Shown here: one piece after another, positions 40,279 through 48,122 of the stretch
Position numbering within the stretch: the stretch's first letter is position 1
Layout of the letters: every line of letters starts with the position of its first letter
NCBI GenBank assembly: GCA_001783145.1
Contig: MFQT01000016.1
Location: 3,796 to 67,795 of the forward strand
DNA length: 64,000 bases
Source of the DNA: Candidatus Magasanikbacteria bacterium RIFOXYB2_FULL_38_10
Lineage (GTDB): Bacteria > Patescibacteriota > Patescibacteriia > Magasanikbacterales > UBA10003
Direction: 5' to 3'
Translations under genes and position numbers: made by a program
The notes under the pieces: model-generated
What the model saw: only the letters and a program-made list of their open reading frames with translations
What the model was told of the DNA's origin: nothing
The model's database searches: none

Positions 40279-40701
40279 TCAGGAGTTGTCCCCCCCCCCC
40301 CCAAATTCAATACCGCTGGCACCGGTTAAATAAAAAACTACAAAATAAGTAATAGCGTAAGCGGCTACCACAATTATTAAACCAACGATAGATCTTTTAA
40401 TTATATCCTGTGCTTCATCCACTTCTTTAGATTCACCCCTGGCTAACATCCACTTAAAACCGCCGTAAATCATTAAAATCAAAAATATCACCCCCAACAA
40501 AACTAAAGCCGCCTCAATTATACCCCCCACAACAGCTTCTAATTGTTTAGGTTCTCCGCCGTAAGCTGGTGCCAGTTTTCCAAGTTCTGTTCCGGCATTT
40601 TTTATAGTAGGGTTATCTTGCGCCAAAGCTTGCAACTGACTAAAAATAAAAAAACCGGAAATAATAAGGAAAAAACTATAAAACAAAACTTTTTTAAACA
40701 T
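40279..40701 (-). CDS. TrbC/VirB2-like pilin-family protein (array member 7) with 3' poly-G tract
   Basis: Conserved block LLGVIFLILMIYGGFKWMLARGESKEVDEAQDIIKRSIVGLIIVVAAYAI. The C-terminal ...IEFGGGGDNS is encoded by a G13 homopolymer. Confidence 0.6.
   Translation of the reverse strand: MFKKVLFYSFFLIISGFFIFSQLQALAQDNPTIKNAGTELGKLAPAYGGEPKQLEAVVGGIIEAALVLLGVIFLILMIYGGFKWMLARGESKEVDEAQDIIKRSIVGLIIVVAAYAITYFVVFYLTGASGIEFGGGGDNS
40290..40302 (-). repeat. 13-nt homopolymeric G tract (C13 on the plus strand) inside the 3' end of array member 7
   Basis: Counted directly as gtc + cccccccccc + cc. It encodes the GGGG near the stop codon. The next pilin paralog starts 9 nt downstream. Confidence 0.9.
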
Positions 40702-40705
40702 AAAA

Positions 40706-41098
40706 TTATGTTGTTACAGCGGCTACAATCCTGGTTATTAAAAATTGAGAAATGGCGTAAGCTAAAATAACCACTATTATACCAATAATAGCCATAGTAA
40801 TGGTATCTTTAGCCGTTTCCACATCTTTAGTGTCTCCTTTGGCCAGCATCCACTTAAAACCGCCGTAAATCATTAAAACAAAAAAGATTATGCCAATTAA
40901 AGACAGGGCGTAGCCGGTTAAACGCGTGACATAAGCTTCTACAGTTGAATTTTCAGACGTATTTAAGCCGGTTTTTTGAGCCGATTGATTAGTAATTTCC
41001 AAAGCATTTTTAAAATTACCAAGTTGCGCCACAGCCGGTGTTAGGATAGTTAAACAAAATAAAATTGACAAAGAAAAAACAAATATTTTTTTAAACAT
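40706..41098 (-). CDS. TrbC/VirB2-like pilin-family protein (array member 6)
   Basis: Conserved block LIGIIFFVLMIYGGFKWMLAKGDTKDVETAKDTITMAIIGIIVVILAYAI. The start is set at MFKKIF (41098) to avoid overlap with the upstream gene. Confidence 0.6.
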   Translation of the reverse strand: MFKKIFVFSLSILFCLTILTPAVAQLGNFKNALEITNQSAQKTGLNTSENSTVEAYVTRLTGYALSLIGIIFFVLMIYGGFKWMLAKGDTKDVETAKDTITMAIIGIIVVILAYAISQFLITRIVAAVTT

Positions 41099-41102
41099 AC
41101 TT

Positions 41103-41447
41103 TTATTGAGCCACAGCAAAGACATATTTAGTAATTACGTATGAGGCGGCCACAATAATAATACCAATAATAGAATTGATAATGATATCCTTAGCTTCTC
41201 CGGTTTGTTTGGTGTCGCCTCTGGCAGTCATCCACAAAAAACCGCCGTAAATCATTAAAGCAAAAAAGATCACGCCTATTAAAGACAAGCCGGCTCCCAA
41301 AATTTGCCCTACCCTGGTCTGAATAGTGCCCTCCATAGGAACACCGGCTCCCTTAGCCGTTTCTTGCAGGCCATATTGTGCCAAACAATAAGGAGCCAAA
41401 GCAAAAGAGGAAAAAATTACCGCTAACCAAGAAAAAATTTTTTTCAT
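41103..41447 (-). CDS. TrbC/VirB2-like pilin-family protein (array member 5)
   Basis: Conserved block LIGVIFFALMIYGGFLWMTARGDTKQTGEAKDIIINSIIGIIIVAASYVI. Confidence 0.6.
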   Translation of the reverse strand: MKKIFSWLAVIFSSFALAPYCLAQYGLQETAKGAGVPMEGTIQTRVGQILGAGLSLIGVIFFALMIYGGFLWMTARGDTKQTGEAKDIIINSIIGIIIVAASYVITKYVFAVAQ

Positions 41448-41718
41448 AATTTATTCGGAGATAATTGGAAATTTTGGAAAATAATTGTTTTAAATATGAC
41501 ACAGATTCTTTGCCTGCGGCTCAAGATAACGTGTAAAAAGCTGGCAATGAAACGCCTAACGATAAACTCACAACAATCAATTTCCAAAATTTCTAATCTC
41601 TTAAGGGACGGGTGCTTTAAAAAAGCCCAAAGATCTAGACTTAAGTTTCCGCTTAAGCCTTAGGCCTTAGAAACCTATTTCCAAATCTTTTTCCCGTCCC
41701 TCAAACATTTTCAAAATA

Positions 41719-42117
41719 CTATGGAGTGGTGGTTGCATTAACCAAACTGTTCACCACGAAGCTGGCAATAGCGTAAGCCGCTAAAATAATAGCCAAACCA
41801 ATTACACCATACATAATTCTCTTTTTGGCTTCGTCTGTAGCTTTTTCATTGCCTCCGGCAGTCATCCATTCAAAGCCGCCAATTAAGATAATAACCACGG
41901 CTACGATACCAAGAAGCCCCATGGCTGTTTTGATAATTGTAGCTACTGTCTGACGAACATCTTTGGTGCCAAGTCCGGTATAGGTGCCATAAGAAATACC
42001 CAAATCATTGGCATTAATAAGCCCTTGAGCTGAAGCGGCCACTGGCAAAACCAAGAGCGCCATAACAAACAGGCTGAGTCCGAAAGAAACAATTTTATTT
42101 GCGTTCATTTGATTCAC
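41719..42117 (-). CDS. TrbC/VirB2-like pilin-family protein (array member 4)
   Basis: Conserved block LLGIVAVVIILIGGFEWMTAGGNEKATDEAKKRIMYGVIGLAIILAAYAI. Confidence 0.6.
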   Translation of the reverse strand: MNQMNANKIVSFGLSLFVMALLVLPVAASAQGLINANDLGISYGTYTGLGTKDVRQTVATIIKTAMGLLGIVAVVIILIGGFEWMTAGGNEKATDEAKKRIMYGVIGLAIILAAYAIASFVVNSLVNATTTP

Positions 42118-42158
42118 CTCCCTTCTTAAAAATTTGATTTTGATTATTTATCTATAAG

Positions 42159-42674
42159 TTATTCTACCGGACAAATAGACAAGTCTTTACAAAGTCCCGG
42201 AACCAGAACACCTCTTGGGCAGGAAGCGGAAGTATCTTTAATATCAGCCGTAGTGGTAAGCTGTGAACACTGATAAACAGGATCCTGAATCACACAACAT
42301 TTAGGACCGGGGGTGCCCGTTGTCAATCCCCTGATTAAAAAATCCACTAAAAAATAACTGCTAAAAATTATAGCTAAACCCACTACCGACCATAAAAAAA
42401 CATCCCTACCTTTCTTAATTTTAGCAGGTTCACCCTGCGAGGTCAACCACAAAAAACCGCCATAAATAAAAAGTAAAAGGGCAATGGAACCACTAACGGC
42501 AATGGCTCCTTTAGCCACCTTGCCGGCAAAAGTCAAAACGCTCTGTTTGGTAATTTCTTGCTGACCCAAAGGGTTAGGAAGGCCTTGCTGTGCCCAAACT
42601 TGAGCCGAGAAACCCAAAATAAAAATTAAGGACAAGACCAAAATTATTTTTTTAATTTTTTTCTGCTGTTTCAT
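42159..42674 (-). CDS. TrbC/VirB2-like pilin-family protein (array member 3) with Cys-rich C-terminal extension
   Basis: Conserved block SIALLLFIYGGFLWLTSQGEPAKIKKGRDVFLWSVVGLAIIFSSYFLV, followed by a 6-Cys tail (KCCVIQDPVYQCSQ...SCPRGVLVPGLCKDLSICPVE). Confidence 0.55.
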   Translation of the reverse strand: MKQQKKIKKIILVLSLIFILGFSAQVWAQQGLPNPLGQQEITKQSVLTFAGKVAKGAIAVSGSIALLLFIYGGFLWLTSQGEPAKIKKGRDVFLWSVVGLAIIFSSYFLVDFLIRGLTTGTPGPKCCVIQDPVYQCSQLTTTADIKDTSASCPRGVLVPGLCKDLSICPVE

Positions 42675-42677
42675 ATT

Positions 42678-43223
42678 TTATGAGGATAAGGCGGTAAAAA
42701 CAAAATTCAAAATAAAATAACTGCTAAAAATAACAATCAAACCTATGCCGGCCCAAAGCATTGTTTGGGTGGCTTTTTTAATTTGTTCTGATTTCCCCGC
42801 AGAAGTAAGCCAAAGAAAACCGGCGTAAACAAAAAGAATAAAGGCAATAGTACCCAAAAAACCCATCACGGCCATAATAATATTGCTAATAAGGCCCTGT
42901 ACAGTTAAGCCATACAAGGGATTGACAATGGTTCCAATATTACTTGGGGAATAGGCGGCCGCGGTTTTACAATTACCCAAAGCCTCAATAAATTGAGTTT
43001 CACAATTCCTTCTGTTTTCTTCTGTCTGTGCTGGATAGCCACCTTCAATAGAGGCTGCCTGAGAATAAACTTTATCTAAACAAGCCGTATTAGCTTCTTG
43101 AGCTTTTTCGGAACAATCTTTTTCTGCGGATTTGGCCAAAGAAACAAAACTTAAATTAAAAATTAAGGCCAAAAGAAACAAAACTAAATTGACTTTAATT
43201 CCCTTTACCAAAAATCTCCGCAT
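42678..43223 (-). CDS. TrbC/VirB2-like pilin-family protein (array member 2) with Cys-containing N-terminal ectodomain
   Basis: Signal peptide, a 4-Cys ectodomain, then the conserved block FLGTIAFILFVYAGFLWLTSAGKSEQIKKATQTMLWAGIGLIVIFSSYFIL. Confidence 0.55.
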   Translation of the reverse strand: MRRFLVKGIKVNLVLFLLALIFNLSFVSLAKSAEKDCSEKAQEANTACLDKVYSQAASIEGGYPAQTEENRRNCETQFIEALGNCKTAAAYSPSNIGTIVNPLYGLTVQGLISNIIMAVMGFLGTIAFILFVYAGFLWLTSAGKSEQIKKATQTMLWAGIGLIVIFSSYFILNFVFTALSS

Positions 43224-43230
43224 AATTTTA

Positions 43231-43752
43231 CTATTTTATTTCCACGTTAATACTGCCGGTAGGTAAACTAACCGAGGTGCTTCCTCCGGCTTTAATTACG
43301 GTGTCTAAAATAAAACTTAACAAAAGCTGGGCAGAAAAAATTATAACTAAACCAATAGCCGCCGCCACCAAGGTTTCCTTACCTTTTTTAACTCTTTCCC
43401 CACCGGCCGCGGTTAAAATTACAAACCCGCCATAAATAAAAAATAATAAAGCCACACCGCCCACTACTTCAAAAGCAACATTAACTACATTAACCAAAAG
43501 CTGTAAAAAAACATTAATATTGCGGCAACCGCAGGTTTTTTCTTTAGAAGTTCCCTCAAAATAAACGCAATCGGGAAAGAACCAAGAAGGGTTGCCGGAT
43601 GAGTACAGGGGAATTCCCTTATCGTCTTTTAATTGTTTTAAATCACAAACAATCGGCTCGGTTCCTGTTTGTGCCAAAGCCTTAAAAGGTAAAGCTAAAA
43701 TAATTACCCCTAAAAAAGCAACCAGTATTCCCTTATATATTTTGCCCTCCAT
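43231..43752 (-). CDS. TrbC/VirB2-like pilin-family protein (array member 1) with Cys-containing ectodomain
   Basis: Signal peptide, a Cys-containing domain (CDLK...CVYFEG...CGC), then the block GGVALLFFIYGGFVILTAAGGERVKKGKETLVAAAIGLVIIFSAQLLL. Confidence 0.55.
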   Translation of the reverse strand: MEGKIYKGILVAFLGVIILALPFKALAQTGTEPIVCDLKQLKDDKGIPLYSSGNPSWFFPDCVYFEGTSKEKTCGCRNINVFLQLLVNVVNVAFEVVGGVALLFFIYGGFVILTAAGGERVKKGKETLVAAAIGLVIIFSAQLLLSFILDTVIKAGGSTSVSLPTGSINVEIK

Positions 43753-43754
43753 AT

Positions 43755-45158
43755 TTACATTGTTTGATTAACCCCGGCCACGGCATTCTCCACGGCTTTG
43801 CGGTAAGCGGCTGGATCATTTAAAAACTCTTTATCCAAAATATTATCAATCATTTTAATAAAATATTTATCTGCAACAGCCGCATCTTTTCCTTTATACC
43901 AAGTTTTAGCCGTTAAAAGTTGACCCGCAAAAACCGCTAGATCCGGATTTTGCATTTGAGTTGGAATAAGTTCACGCAAAGCGGTAATCTTTCCGGTTTT
44001 ATTAAGATATTTTACCACATTTTTAGGATCACTGGCAAAAAGTAAAAAATCCCAGGCTTCATTGGCATTTTGAGTCTTTTTGGAAACTGTTTCTGCCCAA
44101 AACAAACCAAAATTAACCGGTCGTTCTGGATTGATTTGCGGCAAGGACACTACATTATAATTTAATTTTGGCGCGCGAGCCTTAATAAAAGCTTGATTAT
44201 AACCATAACCTATATAAAAAGCGGCCTGCCCACGAGTAAAAGAATCCAAAGAATTAGGCATCTTGCTGTTCCAAGTATAAACCTGCTTAGTGGGCTGGGC
44301 AAAATCGGTATAAAACTGCAAGGCCTGATCTGCCGGCGGCACGGATCCGCTCCAACCGGATGGCGTTTGATTAAAAGTGGGATAACCGTTGTCGCTAGTC
44401 ATTGGTACTCCGTTTTGCATCATCAAAACAGACAAAATATCCCCCGCTCTGTCTACGTTTTGACTAGTGCCCAGAGCCGCTCCGGCTCTTAAGATATTAT
44501 TCTGTTGGTCAATCTTAGTAATCGCAATGACATCTTTTTGAAAATCAGTCCAAGTTTTGGGAGCTTCGGCAATACCCGCTTGATCTAACATTTCTTTATT
44601 ATAAAACAAAGCTAAAGTGTCTACCGACAAAGGCAGACCGTAAATCAATTTGCTGGTTTGGCCAGTCGCAGGATCAAAAGTGGGAATAATTATATTATCG
44701 GCTACTGCGCCAATATATCTATCTTGAATATTTTTAGCCGAAGGAGTGGTGACAGTTTTAATATCCACTACTAATTCTTTTTTAAGTGTTCCCTGCATGC
44801 TTTGAAAAGCCTCTTTGACCGTAGAGGGCATTGGTAAAATTTTGCTTTGATATTTTCTAAGCCAATCATTTTGAATGGAGAACATATCCGGACCTCGATC
44901 TTCAGCCAAAGCATTAAGCAATTCCTGTTCAAAGTCTTCTATTCTTAATTTACGATAATTAATGACGATATTAGGATGCAAAGCCTGATAAGCAGTAATA
45001 ATTTCACCAAAAGAATCAGAATCATCCAAAACACGCCAATAATTTAAAGTAATGGGTTTGATGGCATTTTGCTGTTCTGCGGTTAAACCTTGTTTACAAC
45101 CCAAACCGGAGGTGATTAAAAAAGAAAAGATTAAAGCAAAGGGCAAAAATTTTTTCAT
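43755..45158 (-). CDS. extracellular solute-binding lipoprotein (ABC transporter SBP family 1, sugar-type), orphan
   Basis: Lipobox (ITSGLGC), MalE-like size and pattern. No permease or ATPase gene is adjacent. Confidence 0.65.
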   Translation of the reverse strand: MKKFLPFALIFSFLITSGLGCKQGLTAEQQNAIKPITLNYWRVLDDSDSFGEIITAYQALHPNIVINYRKLRIEDFEQELLNALAEDRGPDMFSIQNDWLRKYQSKILPMPSTVKEAFQSMQGTLKKELVVDIKTVTTPSAKNIQDRYIGAVADNIIIPTFDPATGQTSKLIYGLPLSVDTLALFYNKEMLDQAGIAEAPKTWTDFQKDVIAITKIDQQNNILRAGAALGTSQNVDRAGDILSVLMMQNGVPMTSDNGYPTFNQTPSGWSGSVPPADQALQFYTDFAQPTKQVYTWNSKMPNSLDSFTRGQAAFYIGYGYNQAFIKARAPKLNYNVVSLPQINPERPVNFGLFWAETVSKKTQNANEAWDFLLFASDPKNVVKYLNKTGKITALRELIPTQMQNPDLAVFAGQLLTAKTWYKGKDAAVADKYFIKMIDNILDKEFLNDPAAYRKAVENAVAGVNQTM

Positions 45159-45166
45159 AGATAAAA

Positions 45167-46048
45167 TTATTTTATCTTTTTAATATATTCTTTAATTCCT
45201 TCGGCCAGTTCCGGACGACGCAAAGCAAAATCTAAATTAGCCTTTAAATACTCCAACTTATTGCCTGTATCATAATAGTAACTATTTTTTATCTCACAAG
45301 CATAAACGGGAAATTCTTTTTGAATCAATTTCTCTATGGCATCGGCGAGCCACAATTCTCCTCCCTTGCCCGGCTTTAAATCTTGTAAAATAGGAAAAAT
45401 TTCTCCGGGCAAAATATAAGCGCCGTGGGTGGCCAAATTAGATGGCGCTTCCCCTGCTTTGGGCTTCTCCACTATCTTTTTTATTTTAAAAATATTGTCT
45501 TCTACCGGTTCCACATCGGCAATACCATAACGGCTTAAATTTTCTTCCTCCACCCGCACCGCAGAAATTATGGCTCCGCCTTTTTTTTCATAAACATCTA
45601 CCATCTGTTTTAAACGCGGCGGATTGGCATAAATAAATTCATCACCCCACATTACGGCAAAATTCTCATCATCATCTATTAAATGGCGACAACAATAAAC
45701 GGGGGTGGCGTTGCCATAGGGCCCTTTTTGGCGAACATAAACAAAATTAGCCATTTCGGCAATATGACGCACTTCTGCTAACTCTTTTAGTTTACCGGCC
45801 TCCTCCAAACGTTTCTCCAATTCAAAAGAATGATCAAAATAATCTTCTATGGCCCTTTTATGCCAACCCGTGACAATAATAATATCTTTAATGCCGGCGG
45901 CCACGGCTTCTTCTACCACATATTGAATCACCGGTTTATCCACAATTGGCATCATTTCTTTAGGCATGGATTTGGTAGCGGGTAAAAATCTGGTGCCAAA
46001 ACCGGCGGCAGGAATAATAGCTTTAGTTATTTTTCTATGATTTTTCAT
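45167..46048 (-). CDS. galU: UTP--glucose-1-phosphate uridylyltransferase
   Basis: KAIIPAAGFGTRFLPATKSMPKEMMPIVDKPVIQYVVEEA is the canonical GalU N-terminus. Confidence 0.85.
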   Translation of the reverse strand: MKNHRKITKAIIPAAGFGTRFLPATKSMPKEMMPIVDKPVIQYVVEEAVAAGIKDIIIVTGWHKRAIEDYFDHSFELEKRLEEAGKLKELAEVRHIAEMANFVYVRQKGPYGNATPVYCCRHLIDDDENFAVMWGDEFIYANPPRLKQMVDVYEKKGGAIISAVRVEEENLSRYGIADVEPVEDNIFKIKKIVEKPKAGEAPSNLATHGAYILPGEIFPILQDLKPGKGGELWLADAIEKLIQKEFPVYACEIKNSYYYDTGNKLEYLKANLDFALRRPELAEGIKEYIKKIK

Positions 46049-46129
46049 ATTTTACTTGTAAGACTGAATATTTTGTTCAAAAACTTGTGTCTAAATTGTA
46101 TCATTTTAAAGCAATTGACACAACTTAAC

Positions 46130-47515
46130 CTATTTAATTTCTCTCCAAGAAATTAAATGATATTCGGTTCCCACAAAAAAGGACGGGGGAGGAGAATAAG
46201 TTAAATTAGCATCGTAATTGGTAAAAGTATTGCGATAACCTGAAACCACAGAACCTCCTTGCGTCACCCAACTCCAAGTCCAAATACCTTTAGAAATAAC
46301 ACTGCCGTAAATAGTTAAATCATTCAGAATATTACCGGAATAATAAAATCTTTGGGCACTGCCGTTTTGTGCCACTACTGCGGCATCAATTTCTAAATCA
46401 TTTGGAGAATAACGCGGAATTAAAATATCTTTTTGAGCAATTAAACCTAAGGAATCAGAGCCGTCCTTAGCCGTATAAACAATATTATTAGGAATAACAA
46501 TAGTAGTGTAAGTGTTAGGATTAACGGGAAACTTGCCTGAACCCACAGTCAAATGACCTTTAACTGTCCCCTCCACCCAAACCTTATCCTCAATAAAAAT
46601 TAAACCGTTAGCAGGATTAGCAAAGTTACCTTGTAAAGTTTCATTTTTAACATCATAGGATTCATAATGTTTCACACCATTCACATCTTTGCCATAACCT
46701 GGAGAAGGAACTGGTTTTAAAGATGTCACTTTATAAAGATCAAAGGTACTGTTGCTCTTAAATTTTATATGATAACCATAGGCTCCGGAAGAAGAACGAT
46801 AAAAGCCGTCGCTCTGCGCTCCGGTCCTGACATTGGATAAATCTATAGTAATGCCATCAAAATCAAAAGCCGGTATGGGAAATTGCCAAAAATTAGTTGG
46901 GCCTCCGGCGCCCCAAATACCCGGCTTGGTGGTATTATTGCATCCCGAACCAAAAATGGGTTTACAAACATAAGTTGGTTTAGCCGAGGTAATCGGCGCA
47001 TCAGCCGTACCATCAAACCTAATACCACCGTTGGCATGTAATTTTCCGTGAATAATTTCATTATCACCAATCCAAACATCCGAATTGGTTAAAAAAGCAA
47101 AATCAGCCAAAGAAGGAAGACCCATTCTGATTTGAACTTTTCTTTTAGTATTAGGTTGATCCAACGTATAACCGGTGGAAACAATAGTGACAACAGAAGA
47201 GCCAGTGGTCGGCGGGGTTATTTCCAAACTAAATCTGCCAATAATATTGCCATCTTTATCCAGATAATCATGAACATAGGGTCCGGGGCCGCCTGTGCCG
47301 TCCTGATAATCAGTACCACTGTGCGCCAAATGCCAGCGGTAATATTCAGCACCAGCTTCGGCAATTTGAAAGGCCTGCTCATTATTTTGATTAAAATGAG
47401 CCGCTCTGTTTTCCATCACTCCGAAAACAGCCACACCATTAAAAATGGCAGTGACGGCCATGGCTCCAAAAACCAGCGCAATCAGCAAAATATTTCCCTT
47501 TTTTTTACTCGGCAT
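46130..47515 (-). CDS. PilX-N-domain-like pilus assembly / minor pilin-associated protein
   Basis: N-terminal TM (ILLIALVFGAMAVTAIF), then QAFQIAEAGAEYY resembling the PilX_N AEAG motif, then a large Gly/Thr/Asn-rich beta domain. Confidence 0.5.
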   Translation of the reverse strand: MPSKKKGNILLIALVFGAMAVTAIFNGVAVFGVMENRAAHFNQNNEQAFQIAEAGAEYYRWHLAHSGTDYQDGTGGPGPYVHDYLDKDGNIIGRFSLEITPPTTGSSVVTIVSTGYTLDQPNTKRKVQIRMGLPSLADFAFLTNSDVWIGDNEIIHGKLHANGGIRFDGTADAPITSAKPTYVCKPIFGSGCNNTTKPGIWGAGGPTNFWQFPIPAFDFDGITIDLSNVRTGAQSDGFYRSSSGAYGYHIKFKSNSTFDLYKVTSLKPVPSPGYGKDVNGVKHYESYDVKNETLQGNFANPANGLIFIEDKVWVEGTVKGHLTVGSGKFPVNPNTYTTIVIPNNIVYTAKDGSDSLGLIAQKDILIPRYSPNDLEIDAAVVAQNGSAQRFYYSGNILNDLTIYGSVISKGIWTWSWVTQGGSVVSGYRNTFTNYDANLTYSPPPSFFVGTEYHLISWREIK

Positions 47516-48116
47516 ATTTTAAATTTCTTATCTCGGCCTTGGCATTAATAGTAATGGGCAAAGGAGAAAGTCCGGGCTTTTGATCTATCACCAGACTCAT
47601 TTGTACCATACGCACGTCTAAAACATTAATTGGAAAAGATAAAGCGGAACCAAGACCGGTATAATTTTTATTAAAATAAGAAAAAGGTTGCTGGTCGGCT
47701 GTTAAGTCATGAACCACACCGGTGATTACTTCTGTTGAATCATTATAAGATAAGGGATTGCCCGAGGGTTTGATGACTCCTTTTTTAAAAAGCGACCCCG
47801 AAACAAAATATCTTACTTTTTCCGCGTAGCTATCAGAATCAATATCACTATAGAAAGCAAAAGAAGTGGGAGTGGCTTCGGCCACCATATAAGAACCAAT
47901 GCTGGAGGCTGAGGCGTTACGTAATTCTTTAACAAAATCCGCGGCTACGCGTCTGGCTTCCTTTTGAGCCGTCAGTTGATTATAAATAATATTATTAGAA
48001 GAAAAAATGGTGCTAATGAATAAAGCGGCCACGGTAATAAACAAAATAAAAATGCCTAAAGAAACCAAAACTTCTATTAAAGTAAAACCGGAAAATTTTT
48101 TAAAAATTAAAAGCAT
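47505..48116 (-). CDS. type IV prepilin-like protein (minor pilin / pseudopilin)
   Basis: N-terminal prepilin cleavage/methylation motif FSGFTLIEVLVSLGIFILF. Confidence 0.65.
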   Translation of the reverse strand: MLLIFKKFSGFTLIEVLVSLGIFILFITVAALFISTIFSSNNIIYNQLTAQKEARRVAADFVKELRNASASSIGSYMVAEATPTSFAFYSDIDSDSYAEKVRYFVSGSLFKKGVIKPSGNPLSYNDSTEVITGVVHDLTADQQPFSYFNKNYTGLGSALSFPINVLDVRMVQMSLVIDQKPGLSPLPITINAKAEIRNLKYAE

Positions 48117-48122
48117 AAAAAA

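Noticed and set aside
41103-41125. 23-nt overlap between pilin array members 5 and 6.
   Set aside because: The overlap disappears when member 6 starts at the internal MFKKIF ATG at 41098, which matches the N-termini of its paralogs. The longer ORF is an ORF-finder extension.
39373-43752. Possibility that the regularly repeated about 450-bp units are a CRISPR-like or non-coding tandem repeat.
   Set aside because: Each unit is a complete ORF with signal peptide, RBS spacing and conserved protein-level (not nucleotide-level) similarity. There are no short exact direct repeats with unique spacers, so it is a paralogous gene array, not CRISPR.
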